Assembly (NCBI RefSeq): GCF_009914755.1
Contig: NC_060930.1
Source of the DNA: the human T2T-CHM13v2.0 reference genome, Homo sapiens
DNA length: 64,000 nt
Reading direction: 5' to 3' (one strand)
Of this stretch, positions 1 through 16,535 are shown one piece after another. How positions within the stretch are numbered: the first letter of the stretch is position 1; every line of letters begins with the position of its first letter. Below the pieces are notes generated by a model. The model was given only the letters and a program-made list of their open reading frames with translations, was not told where the DNA came from and made no database searches. Made by a program: the position numbers and the translations under genes.

Positions 1-170
<170 letters not shown>

Positions 171-596
171 CTTTCACTGGGCAATAGCAGAAAACTGGGT
201 TTTATAAAATGGCAACAAGGAAACAGAATAGGAAAAAAAACTGGTTAACTTTTATCGTTACTTTTTTTTGTAAGGGTTAAAGCAGAGAGCAGCTCCTCGT
301 TACATGGACTCAGATAGACTGGAATCTCCTGTTTTCAGGAAAAACTGGTCTGGTTTGGGATCTATCTGCCTCCTTAAAGCTTCATTTGACTTTGTGGCAT
401 TTAGCATTAGTGACTTCACTTTGGTTTTGTCTGGTTTGTTGGGACCTAGTGCCAGAGCTCAGGCTGAAACAATGTCTTCCATAAATTTGTTTTTTAACAA
501 TTCCAACACCCCAAACAGTGTTGGGAGAAAATTCCACAGTCCTGCAGATTGGCTTCATTTGACATTGACAAACAATCCTTGTTTTATTATTGTGTT

Positions 597-899
597 TGAT
601 TATTTATTTATTTTTAGAGATCGAGTTTCGCTCTGTCACCCAAGCTGGACTGCAATAGCACGATTTTAGCTCACTGCAGCCTCAGACTCCTGGGCTTAAG
701 CAATCCTCCTGTCTCAGCCTCCTGAGTAGCCAGGACTACAGGCACATACCATCACACCTGGCTAATTTTTAAATTTTTTGTAGATATGGGGTCTTGCCAT
801 GTTACCCAGGTTGGTCTCGAACTCCTCGCCTCAAGTGATCCTCCTGCCTTGGCCTCCCCAAATGCTGAGATTACAGACATGAGCCACTGCACACAGCCA
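597..899 (-). mobile_element. Alu (AluJ-like)
   Basis: Reverse-complement Alu with J-type features (ctcctgggcttaagcaatcc). Confidence 0.9.
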
Positions 900-2619
900 A
901 AGCACTGCATGGTCGATGAGAAAGGTATAGTGGGAAGAGTGTAGGGGGCTGTGGGGTGAGGGGAGGGCTTCCTTTTTTGGTGGGAGCCACTAGAGCACAT
1001 TTGTACCCTGCTGGGAATGAGCCACCCAGGAGAGAGGGAGAGATGAGTGCTGTGGGCACTGGGATGAAGGAAGGGACACAATCCTCAGGGAGGGAGAGAG
1101 AGCAAATGGCTGGGGTGAAGGAAACAGGGACTTTGGAAGAAGATGATGGGAAAATGTTGGCACCCTGGAAAATATCGTGAGGCAGTTCTTTTCGGTTGAC
1201 TCTATTTCTCAGGAAAGTATGAGGCAAGACAGATTGCTGAGATGAAGGAGGTAGAGGGAAATAGGAAATGTGAGGAAAGAAGAAAAGGTTCACATCATCA
1301 TTCTAAAGGAAACGAGCTTAACTGTAAAACTTCTGAGATTAAAAGGCAGTTACATTTTGAGATCCTGGGGGTAAAATGAGTAGATGTCATAACACCAACT
1401 GTGGTCTTGAAATTCCTTTTTCCACCAAAAAGAATCAAGACTTCTTGTAAAAATGGTCGATTTCATGTCTAGAGAAAAAAAAATGCACAAGATGAGGTTG
1501 ATACTGCTATACCAGAAGGCAAGGAAACCATCAAAGGCCATTGGGTCATGTCAGAAGGACCCAGGAGCCACCTCAAAGAGGCTCCCACTGGCCAAAGAGG
1601 GAACATGTGAGCATCAGTCAGAATAGTAATGGCGATGGACTGAAACACATCAAATATGTTTAAACTCTGAGTTCAGAAAGACAGGAAAACAACTCATTAT
1701 TCTGAACACCAGGAAACAGAGGAAAAGAGTCCTATTCTACCTGCTTTATTTTTGTTTGTGTCACCATTGGGTAAACAAGTAGCAGAAGAGAATTTTTCCA
1801 TTTATAGAAGAATTTTAGCTACTGAATGAAGAAGGAATGACAGAATTGGAACATAACCATTTCACAAGGATTAAGGCATTGATGATTAATGGCTGCTATA
1901 TCACAAAGAGAAAATCAGACACAGGCTTCCTGGTGGAGGAACACACCACCACCCATGAAACGGAATCTAATGAAGCTTCTAGATCCAGCCACCGAGCTAC
2001 AGATGAAACACAGGGTAAAGGAACTGGCTAAACAACATCACAGCGACATGCTCAGCAAAATCCGGGCTGGGGAGGATGGCTGGACACACAGCTTCGTTTT
2101 TTTCAACAAATAAATTGCAAGGAGATTAAAAAAAAGAAGTAGAGGGGAACTAGATATTAAAAAGGACATATCAGTTATTTTGTGTAAGCATTATTTCAGT
2201 TCTGATTCACACAAATTTATGACATTTATGAAATAATTAGAAACATGAACTCTAACTGATAACATTAAATAATTACTGCTTTGAAAAATGACACCAGCCT
2301 GCAAAGCTATGCAATTTCTCCAGTAACTTTAAGGATTCAGAGTTCAAGGAGGCTACTAAAGAAATTCATTGGAGGTTGAAGTTTGGTTGAATAAATGAAT
2401 TAATAAGTTAAGAATATTGGGATGTTTTGCCTTAAATATTCATGGGTTTTTAATATATAATATTTATATTAAAAAGTACTTTGAAAAACTGCAAAGTTTT
2501 ATTAAAAAATTAGAGCTAAAATCTTGGAGCGCCAGAAAGACAGAGAGGCTGAATCAATCCGTTCTTTGCTGATGCATCAATTTACTTTGCTGGCATAATT
2601 ATGGAGATCATATTTTTCT

Positions 2620-2934
2620 GGTTTTTTGCTTGTTTGTTTGTTTGTTTGAGACAGAGTTTCACTCTGTCGCCCAAGCTGTAGTACAGTGGCAGGATCTTGG
2701 CTCACTGCAACCTCTGCCTCCTGGGTTCAAGTGATTCTCATGCCTCAGCCTCTTGAGTAGCTGGGATTAGAGGTGTGTGCCACCACGCCTGGCTAATTTT
2801 TGTATTTTTAGTAGAAACGAGGTTTCACCTGTTGGCCAGGCTGGTCTTGAACTCCTGACCTCAGGTGATCTACCCCCCCTCCCCTTGGCCTCCCAAAGTG
2901 CTGGGATTACAGGCGTGAGCCACTGCTCCCAGCC
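2620..2934 (-). mobile_element. Alu (AluS-like)
   Basis: Full antisense Alu with (tttg)n tail. Confidence 0.93.
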
Positions 2935-3268
2935 AGAGATCATACTTTTCTGAACCTCCAAAAGGAACATGTGGTCTGACAAAAGGATATTTTCTAGTTT
3001 ATGAATGTATTTAGATGAAAACTCTTATTAAGGTATAAAAACTTAATCATAATTAGTTGTACATTTAATGAATCTGCTTTAAGGAAAGTGCAAAGTTACA
3101 TAAAATTGAAATCAACTCAGAACATCACATGAATTATCGCCTTCATTATGTTCTGCATGAGTTAGACCTTAGGGAACTCTTTGGTGACTTCACATTTCAG
3201 AAGTGGGGGAACTCAGGATAGTCCAAGAAGAGCAAGTGTAATGAGAGCAGTGGATGCTGGGAGTCTGA

Positions 3269-3678
<410 letters not shown>

Positions 3679-3739
3679 GGCTGTGTACTTTTCGCGATCT
3701 CAAGTTGATAACTAGATCCTCACATATACAGAGGGTCAA

Positions 3740-5345
3740 GCAGGAAGAAATGGGCTGTGAAAAAGCACTGGTGCCCCCCAGCCTTCCTTCGAGACTGCTC
3801 TTATAGGGTCAGCAACGACCTCCACGTTGCCAAATCCCAAGGACAATTCCCAGACCTCGTCCTCCTGGACCCCTCACAGCCTTGGCCATCACTGACCACT
3901 GGCTGCTCCCTGAAATGCTTCCTTCCATTGGATCCAGGACACTGGGATCCTGCTGGTCATCGTCCTCCTTCACCGGTCTCCTACTCAGTGGCCGGTGCCG
4001 GTTCCTCTTCCTCTCCCACTTGTCAGAGCGCGCCAGGGCACGGGCCCGGGCCTCTTCCCTTTCTGATCAGCATTTGGCCCTTGGTAAACTCACTTAGGCT
4101 CAAGGCTTTAAATGCTGTCTGTGTGCTGATGTTGAAGAGAAATGGGGGCTATGGTCCAGATGGACCCCCAGGCCAATCACCCATAACCGTATAACTAAAA
4201 CTGAAGTCATCCCGATTTCCCCAAACGCTAGCTCTAACCATAGAAACACAAAACATAAGCTTTACAACCTTGTCAGCATGATTCAATGAACTGTTGTGAA
4301 TGGGGCTTCCTACCATGTTTGGTTTGCAAACAATTTGCAACCCAGTTTGCAAATTATTGTTTAGTATGCACAGTACACTTCTAAAATTGTAATATTTTAT
4401 CTGATTTTATTTTTGACACCGATGACCTCCATATTTTCATCTCTGTCCAGATCTCGCCCTTGGACCTCAGGCTTGCATACTCTACTGTCCACTCAACACC
4501 TGCGACTGAATGTGTAATCTGCGTCTCAAAACCAGCCTGCCCCAAATTGCCCGCTCCACCCCCAGCCACCTGCTCCTCCCCATGCAAACTCGTCTCTGCT
4601 GATGCAACGCCATCCTTCCAGTTGCCCTGACCAAAATCTCCATCTTCCAAACCCCTGTCTTTCCCTTACATCCCACATCTGCTGTAAAAGCAACTCCTGC
4701 TGACTCACCCTTCAAAAATCTAGCCAGAATCCAACCGTTTCTCACCACCCCGCCACCATCAGCCTTGTCCTACCACCCTGGGCAACGGCAGCAGCCTCCT
4801 TCCTGGTCTCACCTGGTCTCCCTGCCTCCACCCTTCCACTCAAGTTTCAACTCAGCAGCTAGAATGCTTGGTGAAAACATAAATCTGAGCATGTCTCTTT
4901 CTCTGCCCTGTCACTCAGCATAAAGGCCCAAGTTATTATAGTGGCCAACAGCCTGGGCCCCTTTCCTCCTCTGGCCTCCTCTTCAACCACCTCCCCCTGC
5001 TCCCCGGGGTTCCTCTTCCTCCTCCCAGTTTTTCCCTGACATGCCCTGCCCTCAGATGCCCACACGGCTCGCCCCTCACTTGTTTCATTTTTCACTCAAA
5101 TGCCACTTCCCTGCAAGGCCTCAGCTGTCCCCCATTTAGAGTTCTGCACCCCCTTTTCCCCACTCATTTGTCTTCCATGGCACTACTGCCATGAGCACAT
5201 GATGTACTTTGTTTGATTTCTTTGTTTGATTTCTTCTCCGTACCAGGGATTTTTGTCTGTTTTCTTTGTTCCTGTATCCCCCAGCACCTGGAACAATGCT
5301 TGCCGTATAGTAGGTGCCTAGTAAATATTTATTCAATCAATCCAG
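3740..5345 (+). mobile_element. LINE-2 3' fragment (RT region plus 3' end), interrupted by an LTR-like insert
   Basis: Translates RVSNDLHVAKSQGQFPDLVLLD, similar to L2 RT (KVTNDLHVAKSNGQFSVLILLDLS). Ends with the L2 3' motif tagtaggtgcctagtaaatatttattcaatcaat. Confidence 0.85.
4130..4418. mobile_element. Short LTR-like insertion (TG...CA, 4-bp TSD; ERV1-class-like)
   Basis: tgttgaag...ttttgaca flanked by ctga/ccga; L2 sequence resumes exactly on both sides. Confidence 0.55.
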
Positions 5346-5679
5346 CAAGCAGCATAAGAATCTCTGCAATGGACAGCCCCAGAAGGTTGTGAATCCTCCA
5401 CTCCCACAGAGATCAGATGGTAGGAAGGAGATCCACTTACTCATTGCACAAGGACTCCTGGCTGCCTAGCAGGTGCCAGGCACTGTTCTAGGCACCAGGG
5501 ATACACCACGAACAAATAGGACTAAACAAAGCAAAACAGAAGAAACCCTGCACAGGAGCTTACCTGACAGGGGGAGACCTGGATGACAACAGGGTAAACC
5601 AGTCAAAGATTTATTATAATAGAGACTAATAAGCACTAAGGAGAGAAATCAAACAGGGAAAGACATGAAAAGTTGGGGG

Positions 5680-6695
<1,016 letters not shown>

Positions 6696-8597
6696 CGGAG
6701 TGGATGGGGGGAGGAAGTTTAGATAGAGAGGCTCGGGAAGGCCTCACTAAGAAGCTGTTTTTTGATGGTTGTGAAGGAGGTAAGAGAAGTAGCGTCGGGC
6801 CTCTGGGGCAGCTGCCTTCCACATGCAGAAGCCCTGTGTGGGGGCTCACCTGGTGCACCAGCATGAGGACCACGGCGAGCCTGGCTGGACAAGGCAGAGA
6901 GCAGCCACATATGGGACGGGAGACCGGCCAGACCACAGAGCGCCTGGACTTCAGCCTCCACAGAGTGAGCTGTGCAGATTGACGGTGTCAGCAGGGCCAC
7001 TCTGGCTGCCAGCGAGGTTGGGGAGAAGAAGGGTGACTAGATCCAAGCTAAAGATGCCAGACCAGGTGGGGACAGTGGGTGTCTGCCATGACCTCAAACT
7101 GTAGGTCCTGGAGGGAGCATCTATTCCCCCAGTGCTGCGAGTGTTGCTCCCAGCTGGGGTGCCCTGCCCAGGTCGCCCCTCTTCAGAAGCCAGGACCGCC
7201 GGATGCACTCAGGCAACTCGACTCCTCATCCTCCCCCTCCCCGTCCATCTTTCTCCCCAGCACAGACCCCGCAGGCACATCCCCTGCTCAGAGTCCCTGC
7301 CACAGGGAACCAAACCTGAAACAGTGAGCCAGTGAACCGTGCTCCGAGCCTGGATATGATTTTCAGTTAGAACTGGCAGGCTTGAGGCTTTCTCCTCGTT
7401 TTGCAGAGGAACCAGAGAGCCGGTCAGCCAAGGCTACCTCCAGTACTTCAGTCCACCCTGGGTTTAGGCCCAGAGGATCTTGACTATGACTTCTAGATTG
7501 TGTGCACCGTGGCCAGCGTCCTGGGCCTTTCCCACTCTCGCTAACTCCCATTCCCACCCTCGTGTCCTCATGGGGAGCTCACCAAGGGCCAGTTCTTGGG
7601 AGGATGGCGCCTCCTCCTCCAGCTTGCCCACAGCCCTGTCCCACTGCCTGCTCCCTTCTGCCTCCATACCTGTCCTCCCAACCTCCTCTCCCTCCCTCTG
7701 AAGATCCTGCCACCTCCTTTTCAGGGGACTTCCTTTCTCCCCTCTAGAGACAGGTGCCTCTCTGTGCTGGGGAGTGAGCTCTCCTGCTCTGCTCTTTGCT
7801 ATTTGCCTTCCACCATGTGCAGGTCTGGCCAGTCCTCGAGGGTCTCTGCTATCCCGTCTGCCCCCCATTCTGTTCATCTTGTGTTTCTCCCAGCCTGGCT
7901 TCCAGAGCCAGCAGACTACACTCACAGCGCCATTTCTTCCTTATTTCTTTGCAAGCTGGCTTTTTTGCCCAGCCCTCTAGTGAAGCTGCCCCCTCAAAGG
8001 TCCCCGTTACCTTCTCACCAAACCAAGTTTCTTTTCTGAGTCCTGATTCTTGGATACCTTCCTGAGGTTTTTAAACCAGTCACCTCTCAGGGCTTTTGCA
8101 TGTGGGAGGCTGTAGCCCCAGATGCCTGATGGCTGTTTCTCTTACCTCCTTCCGGTCTGTTAAAAAATGCCTCCTTTTCTGAGAGGGAGGAGCCCTCAGG
8201 AATGGTTTAGCGCCATCCTCTAGACGATGAGTTTTCACTCAGTTCATGTGAGATCCAGAGCTGTCCAGGTCACGCCCTTGGCCCCTCTGCTTTCTCGGGG
8301 TACTTCTTGATCGTCTTTTCCTCCTGCCCCTGCCTTCTACCCCTGTCTGTCTCCACTCCCCTTTGATCGCTGCCATACTCATTTCTGGCCCCTCATCTGT
8401 AGGCATTTCCCACTGGACGACCTGCCCACCCGGTCTCTGTCTCCAATTAAACTCGCCTCCTCCTCACTCTGGGATGGTATCGCTGCTGTCCCATTCTCAA
8501 AATGCCAGGGTCCTGTCTGACTTCCCACTTTCCTTTGTGCAGCTCATATCATACAATCAGGCACCAAATACAGATTTGTATTTCCTTTAAACCTCTC

Positions 8598-9705
<1,108 letters not shown>

Positions 9706-11749
9706 TGTCTCCCCTACTTCCCCTCTTTGTTTCCTCTGATAACCTGTTGGGGTTCCTGACTCCCTCACCCACACCACGCTGAGCTACATTTCCTGCTGTG
9801 GCTTACTCTGGGGCTGGTGGAGTTGGCTTTTGCTTCCTTCCCCATCTCCTCCCCTTCCCAATTCCCTACCCTCCAGGCATTATACATCTCAGAGAGGGGA
9901 AGCGCCCAACTCTCCTGCCGCAGATGGGCCCACCCCTTTGCCCAAACGCCGCTGGGGGTTTAGGTGTCTGAGCCAACCTTTTCCTTGAAGGCCTCAAGGT
10001 CAGTTGCTCCATCTGCGAAAGGTGCCTGTGCCTGGGTACCCTTGGTCTATCAAGCCAGTGCGCATGTGAGGAAGCTGCTCCCTCTGCCACCCAGGTGGGC
10101 TGTCCCACCTGAAACCAGACAGCAGAGGCCCCAAAACCCAGCAGGCTCTTGGCTCACCCAGCCATTTCTCAGAGACGGAGGAACAGCCACTGTAGTTCCT
10201 TGAGTCTGAGACGTGCATTTTAACATTGTCTAAATCAGGGCAGAGATGACTATTGGTGGCATGTTCTAGTTTAATTGGAAGTTTTTTTTTTTTTCTCAGT
10301 GGTACATAAAATAGTGGTTCATTTTACAGTTGATGGTGACTTGGATTCTATAAGCTGTGAGGCTCAACTGCTGGTCCTGACTGCAGGAAAATTTCTAAAA
10401 TAGGTATGGCATGCCACTGTGCAGGACTTTAGACTATATGATGCTAGTTAGGAAAGAGGAGAGAGAGATAAATGGAAGACTGGGTCCCCTCCCTAAGGCC
10501 TTACCACTCAATTTGCAAAACAGGGCTAAGAGAAAACATAAAAACACTTCTCAAGCAACATATGAGTAGGTGAGAACTGAAGTCTGTAAATCTGGGTGTT
10601 ATATAAGCACTATTATCTGGGACCTCAGCATTCCAGGAAAGCTTCCTGGAAGAAGTGAGTTTCAGGTCAAAAAGTGGGCCAAAGGCTGATCTGCCTCACT
10701 GAATGGGCACACTGTTTTCATGAGGTAGTAATGTTTCCATCTACACAGAAAGAAGCTGCTCGGACAGCTGATGAGCATCATGCCTGGGATATTGAGCACA
10801 TCATGCTTGACCTGGGCAGAGTTTGTGGGCAAGGAAAGGGGCTAAGGGTCAAGATAATCTCTGCTGGGGTTGTTCAAATTTATTACCCAACCATCACCTG
10901 AGAGGTTGTCCCCTGAGGATGGCTTGTCTGGTCATTACTGAATGTCTGCAGGGGCATGGCAGTGTTCTGCTTGGCTCTGGGGGCTCTGCCCTTTCTAGGA
11001 CAAGTCCCAGAGACAAACAGCTTGGCCCAGTACAGCAGAATGGGGTGAGAGAGGAACTGAGTTCGTTTGCGGGCAGGATGGAAACAGCTGATGGAGGCTT
11101 CTCGGGCCATCCTCACGTACCCATCACAAGCGAAGGGAATTAAGCCGCCAAACCACCCCAAAGAGTGACTCCAACTCAGCCCTAAACACCCATACCCACC
11201 CCACCTCCCCTGCAGCTCTGACAGGCCAAGCCTGGGCGCTAGAACCCCGCGCCAGAAGGCCGGGCCACACACTCCAGCGTACACGCGCGGACACGTGCCG
11301 GTGTCCAGAGCCGGTGGGAGAGGCGCTGTCACCATCTGACAGGAGAGGAAGGTGGAGCGCAGAGAAGTCAGGGTCACGTGGTAAGTGGGGGTCGTGGTCT
11401 GGGGATCACGGCTCCAGGTCTCTTCGCGACAACGCACCGTTGACCCCCAACACCTCTCCCTGGCGGGGTCGGTGACCGCAACAGCCTCCGGGATAGAACG
11501 CTAGTGAAAGGTAACCTTTCTCCAGCCCGCTCCACGCGCTCCGCACCCGCTAAGCGCCTCCGCGAATTAACTCAGGCCTCCGCGCCGAAGTAGGCGCAGT
11601 TATGACCCCGCTTCCCCGCAGGGAGACCGAGGCACGCAGGGTCGAAAGGACTCGTCCAGGGTCGCAGGAGCCGACCACACAGGGAGGCGCAGCGCCCCCG
11701 GCGGGAACAGTCAGCGGGTCCAGCCTGGCGGACTCCCGGGCCGGGCTGC

Positions 11750-11759
11750 CCATATAAGG
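11750..11759. promoter_or_regulatory. CArG box (SRF site) CCATATAAGG
   Basis: Exact CC(A/T)6GG match inside the CpG island, about 400 bp upstream of the ATG. Confidence 0.55.
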
Positions 11760-12157
11760 CTGCGGGCGGCCGGCATCGCAGCCAGGCTCCCGGGGTCGCC
11801 CCGCGCGGGGCATCCTCCTCCGCAGCGAGGAATGCGTGGCATCCGGGAGGCTCTTCCGCTCCACGCCCGCCTGCGGGGAGCCTCAGCCCCGGGGCGCGGC
11901 CTCGCGCAGCTGCCTGGCCGCTGGGGGGAGCGCGGGGCCGGGCGGGAGGCGGCGGCGCGCCCTCACCTGCCCCAGGCTGGGGAGGCGCGAGTGGGGAGGA
12001 GGAGGAAGGGGAGGAGGCCGGGGAGGAGCCTGGCGCGGCGGGAGCGGCGGCGCAAAGTGAAACTCTGGCAAGTTGCGGGCGCGCGGGGAGCTGTCGCGGG
12101 CAGCGCGCCCTCGGGAGGACGTGGCCCCGGCCCCCGCCCGCAGTGGGCCCGACCCTC

Positions 12158-12284
12158 ATGGCCCTGAGCAAAGGGCTGCGGCTGCTGGGGCGCCTGGGGG
12201 CCGAGGGGGACTGTAGCGTGCTGCTGGAGGCGCGCGGCCGCGACGACTGCCTGCTGTTCGAGGCCGGCACGGTGGCCACGCTGG
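12158..12284 (+). CDS. SYNJ2: Synaptojanin 2 coding exon 1 (aa 1-42, phase 1)
   Basis: ATG at 12158 gives [42 protein letters not shown], the synaptojanin-2 N-terminus. It ends at donor G|gtgagt (12285) and lies in a CpG island. Confidence 0.97.
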
Positions 12285-12899
12285 GTGAGTCCGGGCCGGG
12301 GGCAGCGACGCCCGGAGGAGAGGGCGCCCGCATTCGCCCAGCCTCGGGAAGACGGGTACCCCCCCTTCCCGAGGGGATCGGGCGGCGCTGGGACTGCCGG
12401 GGCGTAGGGGTCGCGCGCAGAGGGGTGGCTGTTTGAATGAAGTGGGGCTGGGGACTCGAGAGAGCACTCTGGCTGGGCCGGTGGCGCACGGAGGCCGGCC
12501 GCCCCTCCACGGGGATCTCCGGCCCGCGCCGCCAGAGGATATGGTTGCTGGATAGCCGGCTGGGGCGCTTTGCGTATTCATGAGGATCCCGGGGTGTTGA
12601 CTTAGCCGGCCTGACCCTGTGCCTGGCGCCTTTTCTTTTGCACCTGTTGATGAAACCAGTGATTGCCCTTTGGTTTGTGTTGGCGGCTCCACTCCTGGAG
12701 GGGATGGGGACAAAAGCCCCAAAACATAGGCTCTGGAGAAACCGCTGATGGCAGCTTTGTCCCACGTAAATACTTGGTCGAGAAGCATCGGTGCTGCAAT
12801 TTATAGAACTTGTAAACAAATATACCATGACCTTTATGCTGTCTTAGATCCTGCCAAGCCAGCGAATTTCACCTATGGACTTCAGAAGCCTTGAAACTG

Positions 12900-13035
12900 G
12901 CATTGTGCTATGGGCTTTAGTACGTGATCTCACTTAATTCTCACAATTCTACTAAAAAGCTATTATTATCCCCATTTTGCAGATGAGCAAACTGAGGCCT
13001 AAAGAGGCTAAGTTGCTTGCCAAGGTGACACCATC
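12900..13035 (-). mobile_element. MIR
   Basis: MIR core attatccccattttgcagatgagcaaactgaggc. Confidence 0.75.
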
Positions 13036-14026
13036 CACCTGACTTTTATGTGGCTGTTTCTGTAATGTCATTCAATGCGTGGCTTCCTGGTATCGCTAAC
13101 CTGGGTCCCTTGTTTTGTGCTAACCATTATAAGGAAAACCTGGGTAGCACCAAAGCACGTGAAACCAGGTCTGATTGTTAGACTTCTAAATGTGGACACC
13201 CGAGAGTAAGCTCCCACCACTAGGCGTCCAGCTGTAACAGCTTGCCGGTATTCCTAGCTAAACAAGGTGCAGCCCGGGGTCACTCGTACTTGAGGTGGTC
13301 GGCAAATGCAGCAGGCTGCTTTGTAGATGCCTCTAGCCTTCTTTTCACATTTGTATGCATCGACTCCCGTTCGGATGTATGTCTTGGAAGGACTATCTCT
13401 CCTATTTCTGATTCCCTAATCATTTCATTAACATGCATTTATCCAGCTTGTTCTCAGTCACTTGATTACTGAAACAATGTCTCCAGTAGTCTCAGCATCA
13501 AAAGTAGGCAGTGAATTGTAGATTAAGTTATTTTCAGATTATTCTAATTTGTGCTGTCCTGAAGAGTCTAAGTTTGGTTATTTGGTGTGGCCTTGAAAGA
13601 AAACCACAGAAATTTCCATTCCATTTTAGATGTCTACTTCATACCACATTTATCGGAAGCGAAAGAGTAATTTCATGGTACAAAACTACTGTTTCATCAA
13701 ATAGATTAAGATGTCCTTCAGTTGGATTACGGCAACATTAAGCCAAGTTCATACACATTCAAGAATTCTTTGAAGCAGCTTAGAAAAAAGAGATTTTATT
13801 TTTTCAAAAGTGAAGATTTAAAAATGATTAATGACAGTAATGTAGTGCATATTTTCCATTAGGAGCTGAAGTTTGGGCTGAGATTTACATCACGGTGGTG
13901 ATTACAGTATACCAGATTTTAGAACAGAGAATGTAAGAAAGGAATTGGCTCGTCTTCAACTCATGTGCAGTCCACATTTGTCATTTAACCTAGCATTCAT
14001 TTTTCAGTAGAAAACTTTAAAAAAAA

Positions 14027-14900
<874 letters not shown>

Positions 14901-16535
14901 GAGAAGGTGAATTTTTACAAGAAGGCTGCAATCTCTACTTTTGTATGGGACAGGACACTTGTGGCAGCTGGCGTAGCTGGTGGTCTAATCTTGACCTTTC
15001 ACCCTTTCCTTGAAGTTCCGAGTCGGGGGTAGCTTCCTTTTCTCTTCAGCTGTGGTTTTCCTGTGATGGGTCCCTCCCAGTTAGTAATGAGAGGCTGAGA
15101 GACAAGTTGTGGTAACTGCTTCGTGGGTAGTGGTCTTTCCCGGCCCCTGAGTCATTCTAACTTCCATCCTGCTCCGCTGCGGATGCACATAGCTGCTTTC
15201 CTAGGGGCGAGAGGAGATGAGGGGACTGGGCCTGATGACCACAGGCGCTGCCCCTTCATAGCACATTTTATTCCTGAAGGATCCTAACTGGAAAAGTACC
15301 TCTCGCCGAAGGGGCTGGGTGGTTCCTTATCATTTTCAGGCAAGGCCTGGAGACAGGGGCTTGAACTGGGCTGTGATTTTTAGGAAAAACGGATGGTCCA
15401 TGATTCGTTGATTGCTGGACTCCTTCCATCTGAACCTGTCTTCACCTGTCTTCACCTGTCCTGCTCTAAAGTGAACTCTTCACACTAGGGCCGTCTGGCC
15501 TGCTAGCAGGATTGTTGAAGGAATTATTCCAAATTCCTGCTTCTAAAAGAATTAGGTTGTGAATCTGAATCTGTCTTTTATGTAGATCAGTGGGAGCAAA
15601 AATTCCAGAGGCAGAAAAGCCAAATGTATTGGCACTGATTTAAAAGGCTTTTATGAAGTCTCGGGAACCTGACTGGAGGGTAGTTGGCCTTCTCAGCACA
15701 GGTGGGAAGCCCCGTAGCCGGTACCAGCATCCCTGGCCAACAATCCACAATTAGCAAACAGATGTTCCCTTATTTGCACATGGGACAAAAACCTACTCCT
15801 GTCTCTGTCTCTTGTAAACTTAGGGAAAAGTGCTTATTGTTAATGGATTTTGTGTATTTTCAGAGTAAGCGACAGTGTTCCAAAGTTCAAGGTTCTCCAA
15901 CAGCCCCCAGGAACGGTGGCCTGAGGGTGTCCCTGTGTTTACAGTGCGGGCTGTGTGTGAGTGAAGTCGTGCCTCCTGCCGCCCAGCCGGGCTTTGCTGT
16001 GAACAGGCAGCAGGGAGGGAGGGATGGGGCAGGAGACTTGAGAGAATTAATTAAGTTAATTAATGGGTGTCCCTAAATTACTTTGAGCTTCTGGGGGGAA
16101 AGGTTCTGTGTAAACACCAGGCCCCCAGGTTCTCCCAGCTGCTGTTGTGCGAGGCCACGTCTCGAGTTTAGCTTTGTTTGAATTGGTGAGATGGCCCCAG
16201 GGCAGAGCAGGACTCAGTCTGAACTGTTGCCTAGATCACTTTCTCAGGCATTATGGCCAGATTTATTTGGTCACGGACTGGAATTTTGATCTGCTAGAGA
16301 GGACCACAGAGAATCAAATAAGTCACCATTTTATAAATGCTCCTGGACAAAGTTGAAACCACAGGTAGGACCAGGCAAGGGTTCCGGGGCCCCTGACGTG
16401 GGAAACTAGAGCAGCGACCCGGGACCACAGTGGTCTGTCTGCCTCCAGGACTGGTTTGCCTCCTCTCCTAGCCGGAGGCTGTCTCAGCGTAGTGTTTACA
16501 AAATGCAAACTGGGATGGTGTGTGCTTCTCCCGCG

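Larger units (their letters stand above)
11230..12610. promoter_or_regulatory. CpG island / SYNJ2 promoter and 5' UTR
   Basis: Very high GC and dense CpG around exon 1, with GC boxes, G-rich tracts (11990-12050), E-boxes and a CArG box. Confidence 0.9.

Noticed and set aside
1500-2450. AT-rich segments resembling ancient L1M fragments (also 27940-29380)
   Set aside because: Too diverged to assign a family or boundaries by eye.
11572-12828. 418-aa antisense ORF (and the overlapping 210-aa ORF) across exon 1
   Set aside because: Pro/Ala/Arg-rich low-complexity translation expected from stop-poor CpG-island DNA; no recognisable domain.
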